From: an uncultured Acidobacteriota bacterium
GTDB taxonomy: Bacteria > Acidobacteriota > Terriglobia > UBA7540
Length of the DNA: 64,000 bases
Assembly: GCA_963768695.1 (NCBI GenBank)
Contig: CAVYJG010000022.1
Location: 255,301-319,300, forward strand
Direction of reading: 5' to 3'
The notes beneath the pieces are model-generated. The model made no database searches, had not been told where the DNA came from, and saw only the letters and a list, made by a program, of their open reading frames with translations. Each line of letters opens with the position of its first letter. The stretch's first letter is position 1. The translations under genes and the position numbers were made by a program. Below are positions 28,344 through 39,099 of this stretch, piece after piece.

Positions 28344-31300
28344 TAGCACGGCTACGACCGTTTGGGAGGAGCCGGGAACAACCGCGAGTTGGCTGGCTTG
28401 GAGACTTCCCCACATTGAATCGACAGGCAGGGAAAATGTCTTTTCGACGGCCAAGGTGGTGAGATTGATACGTTGGATGGCGTTCTGCCCGTTGCTGGCT
28501 ACGTAAAGATACTGGCCGTCATCGGAGACAGCCAGCGCACCCGGATCTTTATCGACGGCGACCTTCGCGCCCACGGCGCCCGTCTGGGGATTCAGGGCGA
28601 TGACGGTATTGGGATTCGAAGTGGCGCTGGCGGGAATCGAGGCAAAAATAACCCTGCTGTACGGCTCATAAACCATCGACGACAGTTGCATCGGAACCGA
28701 AAGATAGGTGGTGAGCAGAACCGGCGCACTGGCTCCTCCGCCGGGTGCAGGGTTCGTAACCGTCACTGGCAACTCTGCCATTGACCCGAGAAGAGCGGGA
28801 TCGAGGGTGGCGTAAAGAAAGGTGCTGTCCTGGTAGGTTGTCGCGAGGGCATCACCCTTCACAACGATGATAGAGTTCGGGAAAAAGTTCTGTCCATACA
28901 CGCTGAATTGAACTCCGCTGCTGCCAATCGCCACAGTTTGGGGACTGATGCCTGTGATCGTCGGGGCAGGGTAGCTCGAAAGACCTGTACCCGAAAGGCT
29001 GACGATGTAGACCGGGGTCACCAGGTCATTGCTGGCGATCGAGAGTGTGCCGGTAAAGTTGCCGGCCGAAGTAGGAGTGATCGTCAGGTTCAGCACGCAG
29101 GGTGGCATTCCCAGAATCGGACTGCTGCAACCCGACGCCGTGAAGGCAAAGGGTGGGGTGATGGTTGTCGCCGCGAGGTTCACGATCAGCGGCGCCTGGC
29201 CGTTGTTCCCCACGGTTAACATCACCTGGGGGCTGGTCACGCCAACCAAGGTTGGCGCGAAAGTCACATTGTTGCCGCTCACCGATATGACGGGAACTGC
29301 CCCCTGTCCTTGCACGGTTAGAGAGGTTGGCATCGGAGCGTTCGAGACCAAAGTGAGAAGCGCAGGATACGACTGCGCCTGAGTCGGGGTGAACGATACG
29401 GAAAGAGTGCAGGTACTTCCTGGAGCGACGCCACCCGAGCACTGGTTGGTCGCGGCCGGCACTGTATAGACCGGCGACGAACTTTGAACGCTGCTGACGG
29501 ATAGAGATTGCGTTCCGCAATTTTCCACCGTGACGCTCTGAGAGCTGGTAGTGCCAACGGGAACGGCGCCAAAATAAATCTGCTGACTGCCTTGAGGGGT
29601 AATGCACGCTGCCGGCGCTGCCGCTGTTGGGTTGATGGCCGCCACGAAGCCGTAGGTGTATTGGACATTCGGGGGTGGAGGCGTCACGGTGCCAAGGTAT
29701 ACGCCTTGAGTAGTGTAGAGGTCGTCGCCAACGGTCCCCGCAATGTGAACGTTGCCACTCGTGTCAATTGCCAGTCCCGCGATGTTTGCTGCGCTGGCCT
29801 GGCCGGCAAAATACGTTGAGAAAAGGAGGGATGTACCTGCAGGATTGAACTCGGAGAGGAAACCTGCCGCAATGCCGGTACCATTTTCCAATGACGCTGG
29901 AGTTGTCTCGAGCGGATGGACGAGCGGAAACTGCGGGTCTTCGGTGAAACCGGACAGCCATATGTCTCGCGACGCATCGAGCGCGACTCCACTCACGGTT
30001 GTGGAGCCAGGCGTGCCGTAGAAGAAAGTGGAGTAGAGCAGTTCTGAGCCGGATGGGTTCAGTTCGCAGAGGAACGGGGCTGTTTGCCCGGAGGCGAGTG
30101 TTGGCTGATACGCCTTGGGCGTTGTTGGAAAAGTGCTCGGGGCGTACGAACCTGCTACGAAGGCGTCACCGCTGCTGTCCAGGGCGATTCCAGTGACCCC
30201 AGCGTCGACGCCGATGAAGGTCGAATACAGCAGAGTTGAACCATCCGCAGAGATTTTCGTCACATAGGGAGACTTGTTGGAATTGGAAGCCGATCCCAAG
30301 AACTGTGTCTGGTACGCGCCACTGGTGGTGGGCCAGAGGCCACCGGAGTCGCCGGCTATGTAAGCGTTCCCCGAGCCATCCACCCCGATTCCCATCACCC
30401 CGATCGGACCGCCCCCGTACGGCGGAGAAAACGACACGTCTCCCAGCAGGGAACTATAGACCAAACCTCCCGAGGGGCTGATCTTGCTGACGTAAACGAT
30501 GTTCTCTGGGTAGGCCGGAGTCCCTGAATTCAAAGCACCCGCCGTAACCGGATAGAACGGCGAATCTGTCGTACCCGAGATATATGCGTTCCCCGAGCCG
30601 TCCAGGGCAACTGCATTCGTGTAAGTCGTCGGCGAACCTTGGGGCCCGGCGCCCCCTAAAAGACTCGAGTAGTTCAGCGCGGATCCATCAGGAGATAATG
30701 AACTGACAAACCCGAAAGTGCCGTTGTTGCCAGGATTAAAACTGCCATTGGAGATGGGGTTTTTGAGCGGAAAGTCCTCCGATTCCGTCCACCCGACAAC
30801 TAGGGTGTTCCCCTGCTCGTCAACCGCTATCCCCGAAGGCTGGTTGTAGTTGCTGCCACCCAGGTAGGTAGAAAACACCTGCGCCGTAGCACTGGCATTC
30901 AGCTTAGTGATGAAAATAGCAGGTTCGTTTGATGAACAACCCGAGCATACTGATTGGAACGCCCCCGGAGTTACCGGGTAAGTCCCGGACCAGTCCATGC
31001 CCGCCACATAGGTATTTCCTGAGGAATCTGTCGCGATTGCATTGACGTTGACCGAGAGATTTGCCAAATACGTGGAATAGTTCAGGGCGGGGTCAATGAA
31101 CAAGGGTTGAGACCGGTCATAATCGCCGATCGCAAAACCAATTTCATTCTTCGTCAATAGCACGAATCGCCCTTCTCTTGATTGTCTGCCGCGCGGGCCG
31201 TTTTGATACACGGCCGGCGCTTGAAAAGACAGCTCTCCATCCTCGACCGCCAACCGCAGATTGCCATCCGCATCGAGCGAAAGCTCACTCGCGCCCTCGA

Positions 31301-31835
31301 ACCCCAGACGGATCAATCGATAGTCGGCGCCGGGGGCGACCACAAAGTCGTGCTCGAGTTCCTGCCCATTTCCATAGAACGCCGCGTCGATCCCGGAATA
31401 GATATTCGAGTAGGTTATGCGACCGAAGTTCGGAATATGCGTTCGCCAACCGGCAGGATCCTGTCCTGACAGGTAGTTTGTCTCGCTCGACCTCCGTTCG
31501 GAGGGAGAAATGTCCGCATCTTGTCGTGCGCCTAGAAAACTGACGCTGACTTGGCTGTGCGACCGTTTGCCGGACAACCACAGCCCGAACTTCCCCGGAC
31601 ACAGGTCGATTTCCACACCGCCCGTCCGGGCAATATACCGGGCGGCTTGTCTCGCTTGGCCATAGTTCGGTTCGAAGTTGATCGGCAAGGAGGCGATGGT
31701 CATCGCGCGCGTCGATGGCGGACCGGAGGCGAAATCATTCGCCTTGGCTGCGCGGGGGGCCGACGTCGAGAAGAGCAACGCCGTCACTACAACAGTAAGG
31801 GAAAAGGCAGACGGAGAAATGGGGCTTCGCTGCAT
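28344..31835 (-). pseudogene. 5' (N-terminal) portion of the IS-split giant surface protein gene: SBBP beta-propeller repeats plus Ig-like domains
   Basis: 1186-aa ORF (28329..31889). The likely start is MQRSPISPSAFSLTVVVTALLF at 31835. SBBP-like repeats include DSSGNTYVAG, DEQGNTLVVGWTESEDFP, DGSGNAYISGTT, DGSGNAYIAG and DSSGDAFVAG. The last four codons and the stop (YIRA*) are read from the IS inverted repeat. Confidence 0.85.
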
Positions 31836-32197
31836 GGCCACCTCGAATCCTACCGTCACACCGGTAGGCAGGATAAAAGCTCGAGGCACATCTTGAAGGA
31901 GATCGTGGGATTGGGCTCGGCCGCGGTAGAAGTACTGCGCTGACTACAACCGTAACCCGTCTGCCGCAGCCTCTGGAGCCATGCCACTGAAGGCAATTAT
32001 GCAAGATCCGCGATCTTCTGGCGGAAGAGAACTACCCGATAAAATGACCTCGCACTACCGCGCAACCATCTATACGCTTGGGGTCGGCGACTGTCAAGGG
32101 ACGCAATGTCGCTCTCTATTTCCCGACTCGCCCGGTCAGTTGACGGCCTTGCCGGGGCTTGGAAAGCCGGCGGAATGGCTGTATAGTCGTCGGCACT

Positions 32198-33301
32198 ATG
32201 ACTTCGAAAACACTGGCATTGACGATTTTGTTGCTTGCGCCTTTGAGCCTTTTCGGGGCGGAGAATGCGCCGCTGCGCTGGATTACCCTTCCCGGTCCGC
32301 CGGTCCAGGTGAACGGGCTCCCCTGGTACGGCGAAAACGGGGGCGACCTCTTCCGCCTGCCCGCCCAATTGAAAGACACCTTTCGTCCGCCCGTATGGGA
32401 CTTGGCCAAAGACCCCAGCGGAGGCCGCATTCGTTTCCGCACCAACTCTTCTGTTCTGGCGATCCGGCTCGAATATCCGAAACCGCCAGACATGGCCAAC
32501 ATGCATGCCTTCGGCGAGACAGGAGTGGACCTGTATGCGGACGGCGTATACCGCGGGACGGCGATCGCCACCCGTGATGCCCAGCCGGGCAAGACCCTCG
32601 AGCATACCTACTTCCAGGATCAGCCGCGCCTCGACCGCGAGATCACTCTCTACTTGCCGTTATACATGCCCGTGAAGGTTCTGGGAATCGGACTGGACCC
32701 GGACGCCCAGGTGCGTCCGGCCAAACCGTTTGCGGCCGCTACGCCACTGGTTTTCTACGGCACTTCGATCACCCAGGGTGGATGCGCCAGCCGGCCCGGC
32801 ATGAGCTATCAGGCCATTCTCGGGCGCAGGCTCAATTTGGATTTTGTCAATCTGGGGTTCTCGGGGAATGGACGGGGCGAACCCGAGTTGGCTCACGCCG
32901 TGGCCAATATCAATGCCCTGTGTTACGTGCTGGACTTTGCGCAGAACAATCCAACGGTGGAATCTCTTGCTCAGGTGTACGCGCCCTTCCTGGAGATCCT
33001 CCGCAGCGTTCAACCGGAAACTCCGCTGCTGGTCATCACTCCGATCTATGCCTCGCACGAATCCTGGTCGCGCGACGCGCGGCTGGAGGGAATGCGGGAA
33101 TTGATCCGCCGCGAGGCCGCCCGGCGGATCGCGGCGGGCGACCGCCACATCGAAATCGTCGAGGGCACGGACCTGCTGGGACCGTCGCGGGGCGACGGCT
33201 TGGTGGACGGCACCCATCCCAACGACCTCGGGTTCCAGTGGATGGCCGAGGGCCTGGCAAGCCGCCTGGCCAAGATGCTCGGCCTCCCGGATGAGCGTTG
33301 A
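32198..33301 (+). CDS. SGNH/GDSL-type hydrolase family protein (secreted)
   Basis: Signal peptide MTSKTLALTILLLAPLSLFGAEN. FYGTSITQGGCAS (block I Ser), GFSGNG, and DGTHPNDLG (catalytic D..H block). Confidence 0.75.
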   Translation: MTSKTLALTILLLAPLSLFGAENAPLRWITLPGPPVQVNGLPWYGENGGDLFRLPAQLKDTFRPPVWDLAKDPSGGRIRFRTNSSVLAIRLEYPKPPDMANMHAFGETGVDLYADGVYRGTAIATRDAQPGKTLEHTYFQDQPRLDREITLYLPLYMPVKVLGIGLDPDAQVRPAKPFAAATPLVFYGTSITQGGCASRPGMSYQAILGRRLNLDFVNLGFSGNGRGEPELAHAVANINALCYVLDFAQNNPTVESLAQVYAPFLEILRSVQPETPLLVITPIYASHESWSRDARLEGMRELIRREAARRIAAGDRHIEIVEGTDLLGPSRGDGLVDGTHPNDLGFQWMAEGLASRLAKMLGLPDER

Positions 33302-34160
33302 TCCGGCTGCCAGTTTCAGGGCGGGAAAGCCTGCGACCTTTCGTTTGGCGGGGTCGTGCCGGCCGCGGATGAGGGGCAGGGCAGAGCCTGCGTCGAGTTC
33401 GGAGATGAGACGGACCGATTCGTCTAGCCGTCGTCATCGCCAAGCCGCCGCGATGCCAACGGCAAAGGCCAACGGTTGGTTCACGAAAAAGGCAGGCGCG
33501 TAACCGCATGAACGGCTCCGCCCACACAGATCCCGGACTGCGAGACTGGCTCGGCTGGGCATCCACGGCGGCTCGGTAATAGCCTGCCGCTGCGTCAAAG
33601 TTCTTTTGTTGGACCGCGTCCTCGGGAAGCAAACGTTTTTTAGTGACCTCATCGGAGACCGGGGGCGTCGGATTCATCGCCTGCCACGCCGCCACCTTAG
33701 ACCCGCACAATTTTGGGGTCGACTGCCGTTCTCTACCGCATCAACCGGGCCCAGGCCAGCGCAGCTGGATTAACGGTATGAAGGACAGGCGATGATCCGG
33801 CCGTGCGGAAGTCCAGAGCCCGGGAGCCTGGAAATTCCCCAATCCTTGCGGTTTATTGAGCTGCAATTAACTGCACGCTTCGGCTCTGGCAACTGGGGAA
33901 GCGGACGACTTGTAAAGCAACGGAGCGACAATTTGCTTATGTTTTGCTCACCCTCTTTGGCGCTCTCCATTCCCTCAAGGCGGGCAACACTGGCCAAGCG
34001 CACCATGGCCATCAAGTTGCTGCCTTCGGTGCCATGCGTGTAAAGCACCAGCATCGGCACACCGCCGCGCAAACGCAACTTCTGAATAATATGTGACAGA
34101 AGGTCCGTGTCCGGGACGAGGTGCGCAGACTGCCCTCCCCAAGATGCTGAGGGGGCGACC

Positions 34161-34733
34161 ATGGTGGGACAACAAAACGACCGGGTCTTGTTAGTCGACG
34201 ACGAACCTCTTATCCGGAAGTTCATCTCGGGATACTTGGTGGCTGCGGGGTATGTCGTTCGGGTGGCAGTTGACGGTCTCGATGCGCTGGAAAAACTTCG
34301 CACGGGACTCCCGGACTTGGTTATTTCCGACCTCAAAATGCCCCGCATGTCGGGGTTTGAATTTCTTGACGTAGTTCGCAAACGCTTCCCTCAAATTCCC
34401 GTGATTGTAATCAGCGCCGACGCCACCGATGAAATGCCGGAGGGACTGGCCGCCGACGCCCAATGCCAGAAGAATGGATTCGGATGTGAGCAGCTCTTGC
34501 AAACCGTGTCGGAACTGACCAGAAAACCTCCTCTGCGGATGGCTCCTCCGCCGGTTGGCAACGAACCAGTCCAAGCAAAGCGGGACGGCATGGGCAACTA
34601 CGTCGTATGTTGCGAAGACTGCTTGCGTGTATTCAGTGTCCCCCGCATCTTTCACATGGGGCAAGATGAAAAGTCGACCACCTGTGTGCACTGCGGGAAA
34701 GTCGTTCAGTTCCTCGTCGCTAAGCACCCCTAG
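34161..34733 (+). CDS. Response regulator: canonical receiver domain plus a C-terminal CxxC...CxxC zinc-ribbon tail
   Basis: VLLVDDEPLIR...PDLVISDLKMPRMSGFEFL...IPVIVISA, then VVCCEDCLRVFSVPRIFHMGQDEKSTTCVHCGKVV. The start is set at MVGQQNDR. Confidence 0.8.
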   Translation: MVGQQNDRVLLVDDEPLIRKFISGYLVAAGYVVRVAVDGLDALEKLRTGLPDLVISDLKMPRMSGFEFLDVVRKRFPQIPVIVISADATDEMPEGLAADAQCQKNGFGCEQLLQTVSELTRKPPLRMAPPPVGNEPVQAKRDGMGNYVVCCEDCLRVFSVPRIFHMGQDEKSTTCVHCGKVVQFLVAKHP

Positions 34734-35137
34734 GCGTGTTGACTGCTCTCGCTCGGAATAGCCGTACTATGGCGGCTCGGCACTCTGCGAACAAAACGAT
34801 TTCCGCCACTCAAAGCGGACGAGGAAGACAGGCCGCTGATGCCTCCCCTTCACGGTATAGAATCCGTAAGACTCAAGGACCTATTCGGCGATCGGTTGTA
34901 GGAAAGGCTGTGCTCGCCAACGCCGTCCTGCGCGATTAGACACTCTTCCCGGCTCTAGGTAGACTTTCCATAAGTGTGCAATCTGGAATGGACAACCACG
35001 ATCCGCGGCGGTACGATATCCCATACCCTTTTTAAGAGGCAGAGGTAAGGCTATCAAGAATTGGTAGCATGCTCCGGCTCGTTGCGCGACTCGGAAACAC
35101 GGCGAGGGCGTTGCTGCTGGCGCGAGAGGAGGAAGCT

Positions 35138-35995
35138 ATGCCCAATCCTGGGGATCAGGAACGAGCCAGAAAGAACAACTCAGAGCGGTTCACGGGGCTG
35201 TGGATTCGCGCCCACAGTGACGCCAACCCTCAGAGTTGGAGCCAATGGTGGTCGGCGGGAATCTCGCGCTTGAGTTCCGCCGGTTCAACGGCCAAGTCCG
35301 TGGCAGTTTCCGGCGTTAAGCACGCGGTCCTTCACACCACGGCGAAGTTCATTGTGTTTGGCGTGGGATTGTTAGCCGGAGGGCCTACGTGGATCGCCGC
35401 TATTGTGGCCTATGGCGTCGGCGAAAGTCTGAGCTCGCGTCTGGGGGAGAAGGCCATGGACCAGTTGGCCGACTACGGCGGCGGCGTAGCCGAGGACTGG
35501 ATCAAGTTCTTCGCGGAAGAAGGCACAGGCATGGCCGTGTCGGCGCTGAGCGGCAAAACGCCAAAGACAGAGACCGAGAAGCAGGAGAAGAACCTCCGGA
35601 AAAAAACCGACAAGATGTTCGCCACCATCGGCGCGTTGGATGTCCTGATGCGCCAAATGAACGACCTGAAAGACAAGCAATTGGTGTACTGCGATGACGG
35701 CAACATCGTAGCACGGCTACAGGCCCGTATCGACGCGGAGATAACGACCGCCAAGAAGCGAGTGTCCAAGCTTAAGCAGCAGTTAGGATCCCTCGAGAGT
35801 TCCATCCAGCGCCGCGAGGACATCAATAACCTGAATCGTCCAATTGTGGAAGCGGCGGTCAAACAAGTGGTGAAGGCCGGCGCAGCCCCGCATTGGAGCA
35901 ACTCGATTTCCGACAGTTTGGCTGCAATGTACCGCTGTAGCAAGCAGCACTGTTTCGGGCCGGGCACCGGCAGTCCGGATAACGACTTGACCTAG
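35138..35995 (+). CDS. Hypothetical membrane / coiled-coil protein (orphan)
   Basis: GGAGGA RBS 5 nt before the ATG at 35138. Hydrophobic segment KFIVFGVGLLAGGPTWIAAIVAYGVG. A long coiled-coil-like Lys/Glu/Gln-rich C-terminal half. No family recognised. Confidence 0.5.
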   Translation: MPNPGDQERARKNNSERFTGLWIRAHSDANPQSWSQWWSAGISRLSSAGSTAKSVAVSGVKHAVLHTTAKFIVFGVGLLAGGPTWIAAIVAYGVGESLSSRLGEKAMDQLADYGGGVAEDWIKFFAEEGTGMAVSALSGKTPKTETEKQEKNLRKKTDKMFATIGALDVLMRQMNDLKDKQLVYCDDGNIVARLQARIDAEITTAKKRVSKLKQQLGSLESSIQRREDINNLNRPIVEAAVKQVVKAGAAPHWSNSISDSLAAMYRCSKQHCFGPGTGSPDNDLT

Positions 35996-36379
35996 CCGGG
36001 CCCTCATGAGGACCCATGACGGGCAGCGCTTCCGGGACTCTTGACCAACTACTTCCCCGACTAGGGAGGATCAATTTCCCAGACCTCGTTTCTCGGGATC
36101 TGAGCGTGGCGGGCCATCTATCTGGAAAGGTGACTTCAACGAACCGTGATACCTAATCCCGCGCCGATATACACCTTCGACAAAGGGTTCCTGTTGCATC
36201 CAGCCTCCGGGCTTGGCGAGCCCGCCCTGAAAAATCCTAACCTAAAGCCAGCTTGTGCAAAAACTTGGAGCAGAAGTTACGACTTGCCCCGCACCATGAA
36301 CGATTCGTCCCAAAGATCTTCGTTGTCTCACGGCTTGTGAGCTATATTGGCTGACACTTCTGAATCAGGGCTGGTGCTC

Positions 36380-36668
36380 ATGCAGCGAATCAATCTGGCG
36401 GTGAACGGAAAGCCGTACCAGGGGGAGGCTGGGCCTGGCACGCCGCTGTTTTGGGCTCTCCGTGAGACGTTGGGGGGATCGCGGCGCGAGTGCAACAGCG
36501 CGGCTGCCGCCAGCTAGGACAGATCATGCGGGCGGCAAGCCTCCTGGCAAGAAAACCTCGTCCCGGAAAGAAGGAGATCGACGAAGCTATGAATGTAATA
36601 TTTGCCGCTGCGGTACCTATCAGAGAATTCGCCGGGCCAACCAGCGCGCGGCGGGAGAGATTGCTTGA
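36380..36668 (+). pseudogene. Decayed (2Fe-2S)-binding small subunit of a molybdopterin oxidoreductase (IorA/CoxS-like)
   Basis: Three frames each carry part of the protein: MQRINLAVNGKPYQGEAGPGTPL.WALRETLG; VQQRGCRQLGQIMRAASLLARKPRPGKKEIDEAMN; NICRCGTYQRIRRA...*. The first Fe-S cluster region is missing. The terminal TGA still overlaps the ATG of the large subunit. Confidence 0.75.
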
Positions 36669-38893
36669 TGACGCTTAAAGCGGAAGTAAGTCGGCGTGAG
36701 TTTCTCGAGCAAGGCGCAAAGTCAGCCGGTGCCCTTATGCTCGGCTTTTATCTCCCCGCAAGCGCAAAGCCCCGGGAACCGGCATTGGATGCGCCGGTCG
36801 GAGTCTTCAAGCCCAACGCGTGGCTTAGGATTAGTGCCGACAATCGGATTACGGTTCTGGTGGAGAAGCCGGAGCTGGGACAGGGATCGCGGACGTATAC
36901 GCCGATGATGATTGCGGAGGAGTTGGAGGCGGACTGGTCCACCATTCGCGTGGAGCAGGCGCCGACGATTCCCGCGGTTTACAAGGGCCTGCGCACGGGC
37001 GGTAGTGGCGGCGTTGCCAATACGTTCGCCTCGATGCGGAGTGCAGGAGCACAAGCGCGCGAGATGCTACTCACGGCTGCAGCGCAACAATGGAGAGCGA
37101 GGAAGAGAGATTGCCGAGCTGAGAACGGGACTGTCGTGCACGGCCCCACAAACCGTCGCCTCAGTTATGGGGAACTGGTGGAGGCAGCGTGCCAACTCCC
37201 GCCCCTTGATCCTGATGAGATAGTTTTGAAGAACCCCAGGGAGTTTCGATTTATCGGCAAGCCCATCCTGCGCACCGACACGCCCGGCAAGGTGGATGGC
37301 AGCGCGGTATTCGGCATCGATGTTCGAATTCCGGGCATGCTCTTCGCCGTGATAGCACGCTGCCCCTACTTCGGCGGCACGCTCGAGAACTTCGACGCAA
37401 CCGCAGCCAAAGCCGTTCCGGGAGTTCGTGCCGTTTTTCCGGTTCCACCGCTCCCGCGTCACATCAATACCGCAGGAGGCGTGGCGGTGGTAGCGGATTC
37501 AACCTGGACAGCCATTCAGGGGCGCAAGGCACTAACCCTCAAGTGGAACAGGGCTGGACTGGAGGGAGAGAGCACCGATAGCCTGCGGAAGCTCGTCGCG
37601 GAGCGGGCGGCCGGTCCACCAACTTTTGTTGCTGTCGATCGAGGCGATGCCCTCGAGGCTTTGGCGGGCGCCGCGCACAAACTGGAAGCCGTCTACGAAT
37701 CGCCTTTTCAAGCGCACGCGACGATGGAGCCCATGAACACCACCGTTCACGTACGAGGCGATGAGATCGAGGTGTGGTCGCCGACGCAGTTTGCGGATGA
37801 GGTTCAAACGGAGATCGCCGCGCTTTCCGGCCTTCCCACGGAGAAAGTGACCGTGCACATGACGCTTTCCGGTGGATCATTCGGCAGACGCTATCAGTGG
37901 GATTACGCGGCGGAGGCCTGGCAAGTCGCCAAGGAAGTGAAACAACCCGTGCAGTTGCTGTGGACGCGAGAAGACGACATGCAACACGACTTCTATCGGC
38001 CCTACAATTACCAGCGCCTCACGGCAAGCTTCGATGATCGGGGCGAAGTTGCTGCCTGGTCCACCCGCATCGTAACCACCCCGATCGCGGGATCTAACCT
38101 TTACACGGGTTTCACGGAGTCTCCTGAGACATTGCGGGACCCCGCCACGGTGGCGGCACTCGAATGGTATGGCGCCGACATCGCTCCCTATTCGATTCCA
38201 AACTTCCGTCTGGATTATTCCTCCGCGCATTCCCTTGTGCCACGGTCGTGGTGGAGGTCGGTCTCGTCGTCCTACACCCCTTTTGCCAAGGAGTGCTTCA
38301 TCGATGAGTTGGCCCACGCTCGCGGCCGCGACCCGCTTCAATATCGAATGGACCTGCTGAAGGACGCCTCGCCCGAGACGGCGCGAGTTCGAAGGGTATT
38401 GGAGCTGGCAGCGAAAAATGCGAACTGGGGCAAGCCCTTACCGAAAGGGCAAGGACAGGGCATTGCCTGCCGTTGGGGAGGCAGTTGCAGCGCCCAAGTT
38501 GCGGAAGTCTCCGTGGACGCTGACGGCACGGTCCATGTTCACCGGGTCGTGAGCGCCGTCGATTGTGGAATTGCCGTGAACCCCGACGGGGTGCGGGCGA
38601 TGACCGAGGGCGCTATCAACTTCGCCCTGACTTCCGTGCTCTCGGGCGAGATCACCATTCGAGATGGAGCGGTGGAGCAGAGTAATTTCCACGACTATCA
38701 GGTACTGAGAATCGGTCAGGCGCCGGAAGTCGAGGTCCACATTGTGCCCAGCCTCGAAGAACCGAGTGGTGTGGGCGAACTTGGCGCGATGCTTTTGCCG
38801 CCTGCGGTGGCCAACGCCGTTTTCGCCGCCACGGGAGTGCGCGTGCGACGCCTACCTATCGATCCACAAATGTTAAAACCTTCGAAGTCCTGA
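36668..38893 (+). CDS. Molybdopterin-binding oxidoreductase large subunit (xanthine dehydrogenase family, IorB-like) with a Tat-type signal
   Basis: [27 protein letters not shown] (twin-Arg motif). About 740 aa of aldehyde oxidase/xanthine dehydrogenase-like sequence (e.g. [22 protein letters not shown]..). Confidence 0.85.
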   Translation: MTLKAEVSRREFLEQGAKSAGALMLGFYLPASAKPREPALDAPVGVFKPNAWLRISADNRITVLVEKPELGQGSRTYTPMMIAEELEADWSTIRVEQAPTIPAVYKGLRTGGSGGVANTFASMRSAGAQAREMLLTAAAQQWRARKRDCRAENGTVVHGPTNRRLSYGELVEAACQLPPLDPDEIVLKNPREFRFIGKPILRTDTPGKVDGSAVFGIDVRIPGMLFAVIARCPYFGGTLENFDATAAKAVPGVRAVFPVPPLPRHINTAGGVAVVADSTWTAIQGRKALTLKWNRAGLEGESTDSLRKLVAERAAGPPTFVAVDRGDALEALAGAAHKLEAVYESPFQAHATMEPMNTTVHVRGDEIEVWSPTQFADEVQTEIAALSGLPTEKVTVHMTLSGGSFGRRYQWDYAAEAWQVAKEVKQPVQLLWTREDDMQHDFYRPYNYQRLTASFDDRGEVAAWSTRIVTTPIAGSNLYTGFTESPETLRDPATVAALEWYGADIAPYSIPNFRLDYSSAHSLVPRSWWRSVSSSYTPFAKECFIDELAHARGRDPLQYRMDLLKDASPETARVRRVLELAAKNANWGKPLPKGQGQGIACRWGGSCSAQVAEVSVDADGTVHVHRVVSAVDCGIAVNPDGVRAMTEGAINFALTSVLSGEITIRDGAVEQSNFHDYQVLRIGQAPEVEVHIVPSLEEPSGVGELGAMLLPPAVANAVFAATGVRVRRLPIDPQMLKPSKS

Positions 38894-39099
38894 ACCGATG
38901 GATCGATCACGCATTGATCGAAAGGACAAACTTTATGTTTACCCTGGGAATAAACCGTCGCGAATTCACGAAGGCAGGCGCCACATGTGCCGAGGACCTA
39001 CGCAGGCCGGATCGCGGCTTGCTTGTTGCGAGCCAAGTATTTCAACTCGCGACGAAATCCCCCAACTTCCAATTCGCTTTCAACACTTAGTCGCTGGAA

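Noticed and set aside
33036-33710. 224-aa minus-strand ORF whose first 45 or so residues (..DAAAGYYRAAVDAQP..) look faintly TPR-like.
   Set aside because: The rest is Arg/Pro-rich nonsense overlapping the SGNH hydrolase gene. At best it is a very short remnant and I cannot support a feature.
33770-34381. 203-aa minus-strand ORF upstream of, and overlapping, the response-regulator gene.
   Set aside because: It overlaps the well-supported receiver CDS. The only non-overlapping start shares a CCATGG palindrome with the regulator's own ATG. No motifs were recognised.
34738-34770. TTGACT ... TACTAT promoter-like hexamers downstream of the response regulator gene.
   Set aside because: The spacer is about 20 nt, outside the functional 16-18 nt range.
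36431-36450. TGGCACG matches to the sigma-54 -24 element (also on the reverse strand at 15848..15854).
   Set aside because: There is no TTGC at the required spacing. One lies inside the Fe-S pseudogene and the other abuts a start codon.
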